This document shows positions 18,002 to 28,691 of a stretch of DNA of 52,720 nucleotides, piece after piece; position 1 is the stretch's first letter; the number at the start of each line of letters is the position of its first letter. The notes under the pieces were generated by a model, which saw nothing but the letters and a program-made list of their open reading frames with translations, had not been told where the DNA came from and did no database searches. The stretch comes from Bacillota bacterium (GTDB lineage Bacteria > Bacillota > Clostridia > Peptostreptococcales > Anaerovoracaceae), in the NCBI GenBank assembly GCA_030535275.1, contig JAUNIQ010000003.1, positions 1 to 52,720 on the forward strand, in the 5' to 3' direction. A program made the position numbers and the translations under genes.

Positions 18002-20609
18002 AAACTCAATAGTGAAAAACAGGCTCATACTGGCAGCCTTTTTCCTGCCTGCACTTATCATGGTGCTGGCTTTTGCTTCTATGGGAGTTTTTCCTTTTGG
18101 AAACGAGCAGATTGCGGTCATAGATTTCTATCACCAGTATCTGCCGCTCATCGAAGAGCTACAGTACAAGCTTCACCACGGGGGCAGTCTGTTCTACACA
18201 TGGAACGGAGCAGGCGGATGCAATTTCTGGAACGTCATAGCCTATCAGGCGGCGAGTCCTTTTAACCTGATTCTGATTCTGTTCCCTGAGAAATTCCTGG
18301 CCAGAGGCCTGACTCTTATTCTCATTATCAGAATCGGCCTTGCGGGCAGCTTCATGTTCTGCTTCCTGAAGAAGACATACGAGAAGGTCAGCTTCGCAAC
18401 TGTTGGTTTTGCAACTCTCTATGCACTCTGCGCATACGTTATGGCATACTACTGGAACATCATGTGGATGGATGCGGTAATGCTCCTGCCGCTTTGCATT
18501 CTGGGACTCAGGAGACTCATTGACGGCGGGAAGCCGGTTCTTTATGTGGTCACTCTGGCCATAATTGTATTCTCGAATTACTACATCGGAATTACAGTAT
18601 GCATTTTCATAATGACATACTATTTCTCATTGTATTTTGGCAGCAGGAGAGAGGGAGGATTCAAGTCCTTCGCCAAGACCAGCCTGCGCACTCTTCTCTA
18701 TTCGATTCTGGCTCTGGCAATGACGGCGGTAATGCTTCTGCCGACATGGATCAGCATGAAGAAGGCGAGTGCCATGAAGTCCACATTCCCGGATCACTGC
18801 TATTTCTACAAGGATCCGCTGGACGTAGTCAACCAGCTGCTGCCGTTTTCCAAGTTCTCTTACATGGAAGGCCTGCCTAACATATGCAGCGGCCTTATAG
18901 TTGTCATCCTTCTCATATTCTATTTCATGAGCAGAACGATTAACTTAAGAGGAAAGATTGCCAATGCCCTCTATCTGGTATTCCTCTATTTCAGCATGAA
19001 TGTGAACTACCTTGATTACATCTGGCACGGATTCCATTTCCCTAACATGCTGCCGTTCAGATATTCGTTTGTAGTAAGCTTCATCCTGATTGGAATGGCT
19101 TATGAGGCATTTATAAGAATAGATGAAATAAAGGTGAGCCATCTCTGGGCAGTGCTTGCCGGAGGCATAGGCTATTACCTGATTGCAGATAAAATCCTGA
19201 AGGATGTCGTAACGGATTTCAAGACCTTCTTCTACATGGGCATTCTCCTGCTTTTGCTTTATGTGGCTGTAATGGTGATTTACAGAAAGGGTCTGCTGAA
19301 GGCCAGAATGTTCCGCTATGTTTTTGTCGCGGTAATTGTGACGGAAATGATATGCGTTTCGATGACGGACATTAACACTATCGGCAGCACATCCGAATCG
19401 GAGTACAGCGCCAACAGCATCGGTATTGCAAAGGCAGTAGACTACGTCAGCGATGAGTTTGACAGGGTTGAAATCGATAATCCGCTGACTCTCAACGACC
19501 CGGCCAGATTCCATTACATGGGAATGACTCAGTTCGCCTCTTCCATTAACAGCGAGACGAATACCCTCTATGAGAAAATCGGACTTGAAGCGGAGCCGGG
19601 ATCAAACAGAGTTAAATATACGCAGACCACTCCTATCCTTAACGCCATGCTGGACATGAAATATCTGATTGGCAAGAACAGACCGGTTTTGGATAAGAGT
19701 TATAAGCTAGTAAAGGAATTCGGAAGCACGAGACTGTATAAAACCAAGTACCCGATGTCCATAGGCTACATGGCTCCATACACCATTCACACCTGGGACT
19801 GTGACAGTGCGGATCCTTTCGTGAATCAGGATGATTACGTGAGAGCGATGACATCAAACATTTATTCCAATCTGTTCAGCGAGGTTGAAAAAACCGGCAT
19901 GGATAAAACCAATGCCAAGGTGACAGAGAACGGTGAAAACAACTATGACATTGCACCTGTTGACGGAGCGTCAGAGACACACATGATTCTCAACTTCAAA
20001 TCTGACAAGACACAGAAGTACTATGTTTATGCGGACTCATCAATAGCTGACTACATTACCGTGGACATAGAAGGACAGACTGAGGATGTTGACATCGACG
20101 AGAACTACGCTGCAGTTGTGAACGTTGGCGAAATCGAAGAGGGCACGGAATTCAAAATAGACTTCCAGTTCGAGCTGGGCAAGTCCGGAACGGCACTCTG
20201 TCTTGTTCGCACCATGGACGAGGAAAAGTGGGAAAAGGCCTACGAGATGATGTCACGAAATCTGATGGAGGTTACTGATTTCGGAGACACATACGTGAAG
20301 GGAACCATCGATGTAGATGAAAGCGGAATGCTTGTAACATCGATTCCATATGATGACGGCTGGACGCTGAAGGTTGATGGCAAGGAGAAGGAAATCAATG
20401 AGCTGGTCGGAGGCGTCTGGATTTCAACGCCGCTGGACCCGGGCACTCACGAGATTGAACTTCATTTCAGACCGGCGGGATTTATTCCGGGGCTGATAAT
20501 TACCATATTGTCAATTCTGCTTCTGATAGGACTCAGCCTAGCCAGAGATCGACTAATCGGCCGACGACATCAGCAATGTCCTTTAGAGGAATCTGATTGT
20601 AATATATAA
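17952..20609 (+). CDS. yfhO: YfhO-family membrane glycosyltransferase (GT-C)
   Basis: DFYHQYLP, NIMWMD, WHGFHFPN..PFRYSF, SIPYDDGW; many TM segments; start may be GTG 17973. Confidence 0.9.
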   Translation: MKTEELRVKENPAKAIKNSIVKNRLILAAFFLPALIMVLAFASMGVFPFGNEQIAVIDFYHQYLPLIEELQYKLHHGGSLFYTWNGAGGCNFWNVIAYQAASPFNLILILFPEKFLARGLTLILIIRIGLAGSFMFCFLKKTYEKVSFATVGFATLYALCAYVMAYYWNIMWMDAVMLLPLCILGLRRLIDGGKPVLYVVTLAIIVFSNYYIGITVCIFIMTYYFSLYFGSRREGGFKSFAKTSLRTLLYSILALAMTAVMLLPTWISMKKASAMKSTFPDHCYFYKDPLDVVNQLLPFSKFSYMEGLPNICSGLIVVILLIFYFMSRTINLRGKIANALYLVFLYFSMNVNYLDYIWHGFHFPNMLPFRYSFVVSFILIGMAYEAFIRIDEIKVSHLWAVLAGGIGYYLIADKILKDVVTDFKTFFYMGILLLLLYVAVMVIYRKGLLKARMFRYVFVAVIVTEMICVSMTDINTIGSTSESEYSANSIGIAKAVDYVSDEFDRVEIDNPLTLNDPARFHYMGMTQFASSINSETNTLYEKIGLEAEPGSNRVKYTQTTPILNAMLDMKYLIGKNRPVLDKSYKLVKEFGSTRLYKTKYPMSIGYMAPYTIHTWDCDSADPFVNQDDYVRAMTSNIYSNLFSEVEKTGMDKTNAKVTENGENNYDIAPVDGASETHMILNFKSDKTQKYYVYADSSIADYITVDIEGQTEDVDIDENYAAVVNVGEIEEGTEFKIDFQFELGKSGTALCLVRTMDEEKWEKAYEMMSRNLMEVTDFGDTYVKGTIDVDESGMLVTSIPYDDGWTLKVDGKEKEINELVGGVWISTPLDPGTHEIELHFRPAGFIPGLIITILSILLLIGLSLARDRLIGRRHQQCPLEESDCNI

Positions 20610-21951
20610 TAAGCGTTGCAGATCCCTTGCGGCCAAGATGGTCAACAGCAGGGATGTTGCCGGGGAATACTGCAGGGATGCCGAGTGATTCGGCATCCTT
20701 TTTTAATTGCTTGGCAGGCTTGCCGGAATGAATCTGCAGAATGACATTACTGCCGGATCTGGTATTGATTACTTCAATTGAGTCAGCGGCCTTTTTCTCA
20801 AATTCATCTATCAGACGAGTAAGCTTCTGAGAATAGAGCTTACGGATTTTCTTAATGTGAGTCTGGTAGTATCCTGTCTCCATGAACATGGCGAGAGTCA
20901 GCTGCTCCAGCTTGGAGCAGGTCTGGGAGTAGTCGCCTGCTATGGACGAGAAATCTCCCGCCATTGAAGCGGGGAGAACCATGTAGCTGATCTTCACTGC
21001 ACCGAAAAGAGTACTTGAGAAGGAACCCAGATATATTACCCTGTCGCTTCCCGCAAGACTTTTCAGTGCGGGAATCGGCTTGCCTGAATATCTGAGCTCG
21101 CTGTCGTAGTCGTCTTCAATAATGTAACTGTCATTTTCACTTGCCCAGTCCAGGAGCTCGTATCTTCTGCCGATGGGCATGACTGTTCCTGTCATGGCGT
21201 TGTTTGACGGGGACACATAGGTTGCTGCACGGATGTTGGCCGGAAGCTTTTCGATGGCAAGGCCGTTCTCGCGCACTTCAACGGGAGTAATGGCGAAGCC
21301 TCTGTCACGGAATATGTTTCTTACAGGCATGTATCCCGGGCTCTCGAGAGCAACGTGTTCAACACCCTGTCTTCTCAGCAGGGTGGCCAGGTGGTTGGTA
21401 ATCTGCTGAGTACCTGCGGCGATGATTATCTGTTCCGGGTTGCAGGATACTCCGCGTGACATGTACAGGTATCTTGCAATCTCGGTGCGCAGTCCTTCTT
21501 CACCCTGAGGATCACTCTCGAAGAAGAGGGCCGGAGAGAAGTCCGTGAGAATCTTGTTCATGCATTTCTTCCACTTGTTGAAATCAAAGCATTCCGGGTC
21601 ATACTGCATTGCAGGGGTATCGGATTTGATTGAATCTCCAAGTGTAGACACTTCCTGAGAAAGAATATCACTTACAGCAGGTACAGTTTGCTTGGCTCCC
21701 GTCAGCACCTTGCTCACATAGTATCCGGACTGAGGCTTTGCTGTAAGGTAGCCCTCTACGAGAAGCTGATTATAGCTCTGCTCTACGGTTGTAATGCTCA
21801 GACCCGTTGATTTCGCTAGGTTTCTAAGGGATGGGAGCTTCTCTCCCTCGGTCATTTCTCCGCTGAGAATGGCGTTTCTTATATAGCTGTATAACTGCTG
21901 ATAATATGGGGTTTTTCTCGAATCATCCAGTACAGGAAGTATGGCTTTCAT
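20533..21951 (-). CDS. MocR/GabR-family regulator (PdxR-like, wHTH plus PLP aminotransferase domain)
   Basis: GEKLPSLRNLA, IIEDDYDSELRY, YLGSFS; divergent from an ECF S-component. Confidence 0.92.
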   Translation of the reverse strand: MKAILPVLDDSRKTPYYQQLYSYIRNAILSGEMTEGEKLPSLRNLAKSTGLSITTVEQSYNQLLVEGYLTAKPQSGYYVSKVLTGAKQTVPAVSDILSQEVSTLGDSIKSDTPAMQYDPECFDFNKWKKCMNKILTDFSPALFFESDPQGEEGLRTEIARYLYMSRGVSCNPEQIIIAAGTQQITNHLATLLRRQGVEHVALESPGYMPVRNIFRDRGFAITPVEVRENGLAIEKLPANIRAATYVSPSNNAMTGTVMPIGRRYELLDWASENDSYIIEDDYDSELRYSGKPIPALKSLAGSDRVIYLGSFSSTLFGAVKISYMVLPASMAGDFSSIAGDYSQTCSKLEQLTLAMFMETGYYQTHIKKIRKLYSQKLTRLIDEFEKKAADSIEVINTRSGSNVILQIHSGKPAKQLKKDAESLGIPAVFPGNIPAVDHLGRKGSATLIIYYNQIPLKDIADVVGRLVDLWLG

Positions 21952-22066
21952 GACAATTCTCCTAACTGTTATTATAAAAATAATTATTATTGTCTATTTA
22001 TCTATATACAATTCTGCTTTATTATAGTATAAGACAAACAGAAGTGTTTGAAAAGAGGGTTTATTA

Positions 22067-22615
22067 ATGCAGACAAAAATGACAGGACAGAAGACATCGG
22101 CCATTGTAATGACTGCAATGATGATGTGCATAATAATGGTTGCAATCTTCCTCTTCAGAATTCCGATTCCTTTTACGCAAGGCTACGTGAATCTGAGTGA
22201 TGGAGTCATTTTTATTGCGGTAATTCTTCTGGGCAGAAAGTACGGTGTGGCATCTGCGGCACTGGGAAGCATGCTGGGAGATATTATCGGAGGTTTTGCA
22301 ATGTGGGCACCATGGACATTCATGATCAAGGGTGGAATGGCTCTCATTATGGCAACGATAATTCTTGCCTTTGCAAAAAGTAAACTCGGCGAAGGCAAAA
22401 GATGGATGGTTCGTATCGGCGCCATGGCATGCGGTGGAATGTTTATGGTATTCGGCTACTTTATCGCTGAGAGGATAATGTACGGAAGCTGGGCAATAGC
22501 AGCACTGGGAATCCCATGGAACGTGGGCCAGTTTGTTGTTGGCATTATTCTGGCTGTGTGCATACTGAAGGCTCTGCATAAGACCTCAGTAATTGATAAG
22601 GATGTAATGTTATGA
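22067..22615 (+). CDS. ECF transporter S component, probably vitamin B6-related
   Basis: IPIPFTQGYVNLSD, WAPWTFMIKG, IPWNVGQ; about 6 TM; substrate inferred from PdxR-like neighbour. Confidence 0.85.
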   Translation: MQTKMTGQKTSAIVMTAMMMCIIMVAIFLFRIPIPFTQGYVNLSDGVIFIAVILLGRKYGVASAALGSMLGDIIGGFAMWAPWTFMIKGGMALIMATIILAFAKSKLGEGKRWMVRIGAMACGGMFMVFGYFIAERIMYGSWAIAALGIPWNVGQFVVGIILAVCILKALHKTSVIDKDVML

Positions 22616-23421
22616 GAAAACTTAAGGTGAAAAAACTGATTCTGGATCAGGGCCGTCCGAAGATAGCAGTGCCTATTACAGGAAGGTCCCACGAACAGAT
22701 AATAAGCGATGTGAAAGAGGCCATGAAAAAGCCGTGTGACATGCTGGAGTGGAGAGCAGACTACTTCTTCGGAGAAATGGACAGTCTGGAAGAAAAAGTC
22801 GTGAACACCGATGCCCACATGGAAATGATCAGAATTCTTGACGATATTGATTATCAGACAGATGGAATGCCTCTTATTTTTACGATTAGAGGACGTGGAC
22901 ACGGTGGCAGAGTAGCGCTCGACAGAGAGCATACTTATGACCTTGCCAGCCTGGCGGCGCAGTCGGGCCTGGTTGACTTTGTCGACATGGAACTCTTTGA
23001 TGATGATGACACATACAACCCGGATCAGGTTCAGAAGCAGATTAGGGAGATTCATGAATTCGGAACCGGAGTTATTCTTTCATACCATGACTACGAGACG
23101 ATGCCGACTTTAGAGGTTATCGCAGGACTGACCAAGCTGATGAGAGGCATGGGCGCGGACATTGTTAAGATTGCCGGCACGGCATCAAGCCGCGATCAGG
23201 CGCTGGAGATGATGAAGATGGCAGAGCTTCTCACAAGAGGCGAGGAGCTGCCTGTAATATTTGTTGCCATGGGCGATGAAGGTCGCATCACTAGAATCGC
23301 AGGAGGAGAGAACGGCTCGGCGATTACATTTGCCAGAGGCAGTGAGCAGACCGGCGAAGGACAGATAGATGCAGCCACACTGTCAAGGCTGCTGGATGAT
23401 TATTATTCAAAGAAAAAATGA
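22612..23421 (+). CDS. aroD: Type I 3-dehydroquinate dehydratase
   Basis: PKIAVPI, EWRAD, FTIR, SYHDY (catalytic His), VKIA (Schiff-base Lys), GQI. Confidence 0.85.
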   Translation: MRKLKVKKLILDQGRPKIAVPITGRSHEQIISDVKEAMKKPCDMLEWRADYFFGEMDSLEEKVVNTDAHMEMIRILDDIDYQTDGMPLIFTIRGRGHGGRVALDREHTYDLASLAAQSGLVDFVDMELFDDDDTYNPDQVQKQIREIHEFGTGVILSYHDYETMPTLEVIAGLTKLMRGMGADIVKIAGTASSRDQALEMMKMAELLTRGEELPVIFVAMGDEGRITRIAGGENGSAITFARGSEQTGEGQIDAATLSRLLDDYYSKKK

Positions 23422-24257
23422 GCTATATCAAAGCAGAGAATCTGACATTTGAATACAAGAAGACTGATGAGGCCGGAGACATTCTGACTACCAGAGCCAT
23501 TGACGGAGTATCCTTCGAAATAGAGAAGGGCAGCTTCACGGCCATTATCGGGCAGAACGGAAGCGGCAAGTCGACTCTGGCCAAGAACATGAATGCCCTG
23601 CTGACTCCATCATCGGGAAAGATGTATGTGGATGGCATGGACACATCCGAAGCGGAAAACGTATGGCCTGTCCGACAGCGGGTGGCAATGGTATTCCAGA
23701 ATCCGGATAACCAGATTGTATCCGCCATCGTAGAGGACGACGTTGCATTCGGACCGGAAAATCTGGGCGTGGATCCTGAAGAAATCAGGAGACGTGTCGA
23801 CGAGGCCCTTGGCGGAGTTGAAATGTACGAGTACAGGAAGAAGGCACCCCATCTTCTTTCCGGCGGTCAGAAGCAGCGCATCGCCATTGCAGGCGCCGTT
23901 GCCATGGAGCCGGAATGCATCGTATTTGATGAACCGACAGCCATGCTCGACCCGAGGGGAAGAGAGGAAGTTCTGCAGGTAATAAAGAAGCTGAACGCCA
24001 GAGGAATTACAACTGTCCTCATTACACATTTCATGGAAGAGGCCGCACAGGCGGATAAAATAATTGTCATGGATAAGGGCGTAATCCGAATGGAGGGAAG
24101 CCCCGACGAAATATTCAGAAGGGGAGAGGAACTCATGGAAATGAGTCTGGGTGTTCCGGCACCGGTCGAACTGGCAATGGAACTGAAAAAACGCGGAATA
24201 GAACTGCCCGATGGAATCATGACTAAAGAAGAATTAATTGGAGAGCTTACCAAGTGA
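23418..24257 (+). CDS. ecfA1: ECF transporter ATPase A1
   Basis: [35 protein letters not shown]. Confidence 0.93.
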   Translation: MSYIKAENLTFEYKKTDEAGDILTTRAIDGVSFEIEKGSFTAIIGQNGSGKSTLAKNMNALLTPSSGKMYVDGMDTSEAENVWPVRQRVAMVFQNPDNQIVSAIVEDDVAFGPENLGVDPEEIRRRVDEALGGVEMYEYRKKAPHLLSGGQKQRIAIAGAVAMEPECIVFDEPTAMLDPRGREEVLQVIKKLNARGITTVLITHFMEEAAQADKIIVMDKGVIRMEGSPDEIFRRGEELMEMSLGVPAPVELAMELKKRGIELPDGIMTKEELIGELTK

Positions 24258-25102
24258 GCATAGAAGTAAAGAATCTTACACATGTTTATAGCGAGGGCCT
24301 GCCTCACGAATCAGTGGCTATCGATGATGTCAGCTTCACGATAGGCGACGGCGAGTTCGTGGGAATAATAGGCCACACGGGATCAGGCAAATCCACACTG
24401 CTCCAGCACATGAACGGACTCCTTAAACCAAAGGCAGGAACGATCATAATTGACGGAGTGGACATTACTGATTCAAAGACCAGCCTGCTCGACATCAGAA
24501 AGAAGGTCGGGCTGGTTTTTCAGTACCCGGAATACCAGCTCTTTGAAGAAACCGTTGCAAGGGATGTTGCCTTCGGACCTTCAAACCTTGGACTTTCACA
24601 GGAGGAGATTGACGCCGTAGTCAGAGAATCCATTGAGCTTGTGGGTCTTGATTACGATGAGATAAAGAATGTATCACCATTTGAGCTGTCGGGTGGTCAG
24701 AAAAGACGTGTTGCCATGGCAGGCGTACTGGCAATGAAGCCTGAGGTTCTGGTTCTCGATGAACCTACAGCCGGTCTTAACCCTAAGGCACACGCTGACA
24801 TTCTCGACATGGTTGATGGAATACATAAAAGGACGAACAACATTATCGTTCTGGTTTCACACAACATGAACGACGTTGCCAGAATGAGCGACAGGGTTCT
24901 GGTCATGGACCACGGCAGACTGGTAATGAACGGAACTCCTTCAGAGGTGTTCGTCAGAGAAAATGAACTTAAGGAAATGGGCCTGGCTTTGCCTGACGCC
25001 CTTGATATTACACTGAGGCTTCGCGAGGCGGGAATGGACATCAGTGAAAGCTGCCTGACAATCGCAGAGGCGGCTGATGCAATCGCAGCCAGATTGAAAT
25101 GA
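24254..25102 (+). CDS. ecfA2: ECF transporter ATPase A2
   Basis: [32 protein letters not shown]. Confidence 0.93.
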   Translation: MSIEVKNLTHVYSEGLPHESVAIDDVSFTIGDGEFVGIIGHTGSGKSTLLQHMNGLLKPKAGTIIIDGVDITDSKTSLLDIRKKVGLVFQYPEYQLFEETVARDVAFGPSNLGLSQEEIDAVVRESIELVGLDYDEIKNVSPFELSGGQKRRVAMAGVLAMKPEVLVLDEPTAGLNPKAHADILDMVDGIHKRTNNIIVLVSHNMNDVARMSDRVLVMDHGRLVMNGTPSEVFVRENELKEMGLALPDALDITLRLREAGMDISESCLTIAEAADAIAARLK

Positions 25103-25899
25103 TAAGAGACATTACACTGGGACAATATTATCCGGGCAATTCCTGGATACACAGACTTGATCCGAGAATCAAGATCATGGCAACGCTGCTCTATATAGTG
25201 GCGCTCTTTGTCGTGAAGGATTTCACCGGGTTTATTGTTGCCTTTGCAGCTCTTGAAGCGATCATCATTATCTCAAAGGTTCCGAGAAGCTTCATATGGC
25301 GCGGCCTGAAGCCGGTAATTCTGATAATAGCATTTACGCTGCTGATCAATATTTTCATGATTAAGGGAGAGGTGCTCTTCCAGCTGGGCTTCCTGCACAT
25401 TACGAAGGAAGGTCTGCTGACGGCTGCCTTCATGGGAATCAGACTGGTGCTTCTCATTATCGGCTCAACGATGCTCACGCTGACCACAAGACCTATAGGT
25501 CTGACAGACGGCATCGAAGCGCTGCTGTCGCCATTTAAGAAGATTGGTCTGCCTGCCCACGAGCTGGCAATGATGATGACAATAGCTTTGAGATTTATAC
25601 CGACTCTCCTGGAGGAGACCGATAAAATCATGAAGGCGCAGCAGGCAAGAGGCGCCGACTTCGAAAGCGGGAACATTCTGAAGCGTGCAAAGGCACTGGT
25701 TCCGATTCTGGTTCCGCTCTTCATAAGCGCTTTCAGAATTGCCCAGGACCTGGCCATGGCCATGGAGGCCAGATGCTACGGAGGCAATGTTAAGAGAACG
25801 AGAATGAATGCCATGAAACTGGAAAAGCGCGACCTGGCGGCAAGCCTGCTCTTCCTGGTATTTCTGGCGCTGATAATACTGCAGAGAATTTTCATGTAG
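25099..25899 (+). CDS. ecfT: ECF transporter transmembrane component T
   Basis: LGQYYPGNSWIHRLDPR, ALRFIP, AQQARG, AMEARCY. Confidence 0.94.
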   Translation: MIRDITLGQYYPGNSWIHRLDPRIKIMATLLYIVALFVVKDFTGFIVAFAALEAIIIISKVPRSFIWRGLKPVILIIAFTLLINIFMIKGEVLFQLGFLHITKEGLLTAAFMGIRLVLLIIGSTMLTLTTRPIGLTDGIEALLSPFKKIGLPAHELAMMMTIALRFIPTLLEETDKIMKAQQARGADFESGNILKRAKALVPILVPLFISAFRIAQDLAMAMEARCYGGNVKRTRMNAMKLEKRDLAASLLFLVFLALIILQRIFM

Positions 25900-25911
25900 G
25901 CAGAGAGTTAT

Positions 25912-26649
25912 ATGAGACAGAGAAAAGCTAAAGACCTTGAAAAAAGACTCGCCATGTGTGAGGACATAATACTGAATGACTTCGGTCCTGAAACCTGGGA
26001 GACTGCCTTTGCACCGTCGGAGCCAGATGGGAGGGCGAGAGACCTTTATCTGGAAATAGGCTGCGGTAAGGGGCAGTTCATAATCAAGCACGCGCTTCAG
26101 TCACCGGAAAGCAATTTTATCGGAATCGAGGGGCAGGAGACGGTGGTCCTTCGTGCGGCCGAAAAAGCCAGGGCTGTTTCGGGAAAGTCCCAGTGGCCGG
26201 AGAACGTGCCCGGAGAGGAAGTGCTCCTGGGCGTATCCGGAGAACTGGACAATCTGAAGCTGGGCTCTGCCTTTGTAAATAAGATGGAGGAGTTCTTCCT
26301 GGAAAATCAGCTGGCAGGCCTTTACCTGAACTTCAGCGATCCCTGGCCGAAGGAGAGACACGCCAAGAGAAGGCTGACGCACCGTGACCGCCTGAGAGAT
26401 TACGCCTGGGCAATCAGGGACGGAGGCTTCATAGAATTCAAGACTGATAACGACGGGCTGTTCGAATTTTCCGTTGAGGAATTTGAGGCCTGTGACGATC
26501 TGCTTGAGGTGGTGGAGTTTACCCGCGACCTTCACGGTGAAGACTGTACATATGAGTCGCGATATGTTACAACAGAGTACGAAGACAAATTCAGCGGCAG
26601 AGGAAAGAATATTAATTACATTAAGGTAATTGTAAATAAGGAGAAGTAA
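25912..26649 (+). CDS. trmB: tRNA (guanine-N7)-methyltransferase
   Basis: EIGCGKG, NFSDPWPKERHAKRRLT, FKTDN, TEYEDKF. Confidence 0.95.
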   Translation: MRQRKAKDLEKRLAMCEDIILNDFGPETWETAFAPSEPDGRARDLYLEIGCGKGQFIIKHALQSPESNFIGIEGQETVVLRAAEKARAVSGKSQWPENVPGEEVLLGVSGELDNLKLGSAFVNKMEEFFLENQLAGLYLNFSDPWPKERHAKRRLTHRDRLRDYAWAIRDGGFIEFKTDNDGLFEFSVEEFEACDDLLEVVEFTRDLHGEDCTYESRYVTTEYEDKFSGRGKNINYIKVIVNKEK

Positions 26650-26650
26650 A

Positions 26651-27889
26651 ATGGCAGAGTTCATTCTGGCAAGAGAAAACGGAAGAAAGATTCCGAAGGA
26701 AGACAAGATTTTCGGCATTTCAAACAGAGCCAAAGCGGCAATAGCCGAAAAGGGAAAAGACAAGGTAATCAATGCAACCATCGGTGCGCTGCTGGATGAT
26801 GATGGCAATCTGGTTGTAATGGAATCGGTTGACAGGGTTTACAGAGAGCTGCCACCTAAGGAATACGCAGAGTATGCTCCTATCGGTGGAATCGCAGCTT
26901 TCAGAGAGGCTGTTCAGAAGGCGGCTTTCGGTGCTCATGTTCCTTCCGGATACATTGAAGCGGTTGCCACTCCGGGCGGTACGGGATCACTTAGAAATGC
27001 GGTTTCGAATTATTCCGAACCGGGAGATGAAATACTGACGAGCGACTGGCACTGGTCACCTTACAATACCATCGCGGGTGAAATCGGAAGAAGCGTTGCA
27101 ATCTATCAGCTGTTTACTGAAGGCGGAAAGTTCAACGTTGAATCATTCAGAGCGAAATCAGCGGAACTGCTTGCGAAGCAGGAATCGCTGGTAATCATAA
27201 TCAACACGCCGGCTCACAACCCTACAGGCTATTCACTTACGCTGGAGGACTGGGACGGAGTTATTGACGCTCTCTGCGAGGAGGCGAAGTGCGGCAAGGG
27301 CATTGCTCTCGTCATTGATACGGCCTACATTGATTTCGCAGGAGATGAAGAAGAGTACAGAAGATTCATTCCTAAGCTGGAAAGACTTCCGGAAAATGTC
27401 CTGCCGATTATCGCATACAGTCTGAGCAAGACCTTCGCACTTTACGGTGCACGTTGCGGCGCAATGATCTGCATGGCAAAAACCCCTGAAATCGCAGAGG
27501 AATTCAGGAGAGTGTGCGAATTCTCATCGAGAGGTTCATGGTCAAACAGTGCCAGACAGGGACAGGCCATTCTGGCCAAAATATATTCTGACCCTCAGCT
27601 GTTGAAAAAGGTGGACGAGGAGCGTGAGGAATACAGGAACATGCTCATCGCCCGCGGCGAAGCATTCAACAGGGCAGCCGAAGAAGTGGGCCTGGAAATA
27701 GTTCCATATGATGCGGGATTCTTCATCAGCATCCCGTGCGAGGATCCTGATGCACTTAGCAGAAAGCTTGAAGAGAAGGATGTATTCCTGGTACCGCTTG
27801 CCAAGGGAATCCGCGTATCGGTCGCATCCATCTCGGAAGAAAAATGCAGGATCATCCCGGCAATGATCAAAGAGGCAATGGAAGATTAA
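26651..27889 (+). CDS. Class I/II PLP-dependent aminotransferase
   Basis: NATIG, TPGGTG, NTPAHNPTG, DTAY, SLSKT...GARCG. Confidence 0.9.
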   Translation: MAEFILARENGRKIPKEDKIFGISNRAKAAIAEKGKDKVINATIGALLDDDGNLVVMESVDRVYRELPPKEYAEYAPIGGIAAFREAVQKAAFGAHVPSGYIEAVATPGGTGSLRNAVSNYSEPGDEILTSDWHWSPYNTIAGEIGRSVAIYQLFTEGGKFNVESFRAKSAELLAKQESLVIIINTPAHNPTGYSLTLEDWDGVIDALCEEAKCGKGIALVIDTAYIDFAGDEEEYRRFIPKLERLPENVLPIIAYSLSKTFALYGARCGAMICMAKTPEIAEEFRRVCEFSSRGSWSNSARQGQAILAKIYSDPQLLKKVDEEREEYRNMLIARGEAFNRAAEEVGLEIVPYDAGFFISIPCEDPDALSRKLEEKDVFLVPLAKGIRVSVASISEEKCRIIPAMIKEAMED

Positions 27890-28539
27890 TATCTTTTTTT
27901 GCCGAGAGATTTTGAAGGCTTTGCTACAGTCAGTTTGCCTTCGTCAGCTGGTGCAGGAAGGTTTTTCTGCTCACGTTCAGCCTTGATTTTGCGAGCCTCA
28001 TTTGCAATTTCATGAAGGTTGAAAGATGAATCCGGATCCGCAGCCTTCTTTGCTCGGCGTTTCTGCTCGTCGTAGTCCGCCTTTCTGTAGGACTGACGGC
28101 CTTTGATATTTAAGTCGTTTTCGCCCCTCGTTTCAATCATGATTCGAGGGTTTTTCTTTGCGGCGAAGTTCGCAACTTCCTCAATGCAGTCTGCGCTCAG
28201 AACTACCGTGCGCGGTTTTTTTACCTTGCGCTTTGTGAAGTGAACGGTAACTTCCGTCTTTGACTTTCTGTAGTCAATGAGCATGTAGCTGAGGTCCTGC
28301 CATTTCCAGACTCCGTGGATTTTGAAACCGAAAACCGAAAGGTAGCTGTCTACGCCTTTGTCGTTTACTATCATTATGGTCTTTGAGAAGGCAACAACGA
28401 GTATCAGTATGATGCAGATAATGTATGTGCCCAGACCGCTGCTGTGATCGATTACACCATACAGAATAAATAATCCTATGAGGACAATGAGTAGAATGTT
28501 GATGAGTTTTGAACCTTTTTTAATTCCGTAATATTCCAT
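27886..28539 (-). CDS. Hypothetical membrane protein (2 TM plus basic cytoplasmic domain)
   Basis: Two N-terminal hydrophobic helices; SD AGGTG; fills the gap between flanking genes. Confidence 0.72.
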   Translation of the reverse strand: MEYYGIKKGSKLINILLIVLIGLFILYGVIDHSSGLGTYIICIILILVVAFSKTIMIVNDKGVDSYLSVFGFKIHGVWKWQDLSYMLIDYRKSKTEVTVHFTKRKVKKPRTVVLSADCIEEVANFAAKKNPRIMIETRGENDLNIKGRQSYRKADYDEQKRRAKKAADPDSSFNLHEIANEARKIKAEREQKNLPAPADEGKLTVAKPSKSLGKKRY

Positions 28540-28691
28540 GTTTTTTCACCTGTTACAAGCAAAATCTTTTTTTACAAGTATAATTAGTTGGCCGGAGATT
28601 GACAAGCAGTTTTTTTGGACTTGAATGTGTCGCGTGCTCGTGTATAATTCTCTAAAGGTGACAGAAGGAAAAAATAGCGAAAGAGGAAAGA

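Noticed and set aside
17000-20609. GT2/YfhO pair as a prophage serotype-conversion cassette
   Set aside because: No phage genes, integrase or att sites nearby; CsbB/YfhO-type pairs are ordinary chromosomal wall-polymer glycosylation genes
26170-26250. ~20-aa insertion in TrmB (and a ~12-aa insertion near the start of the CoA-transferase alpha fragment)
   Set aside because: In-frame surface-loop-type insertions with catalytic motifs intact; no intein or repeat features
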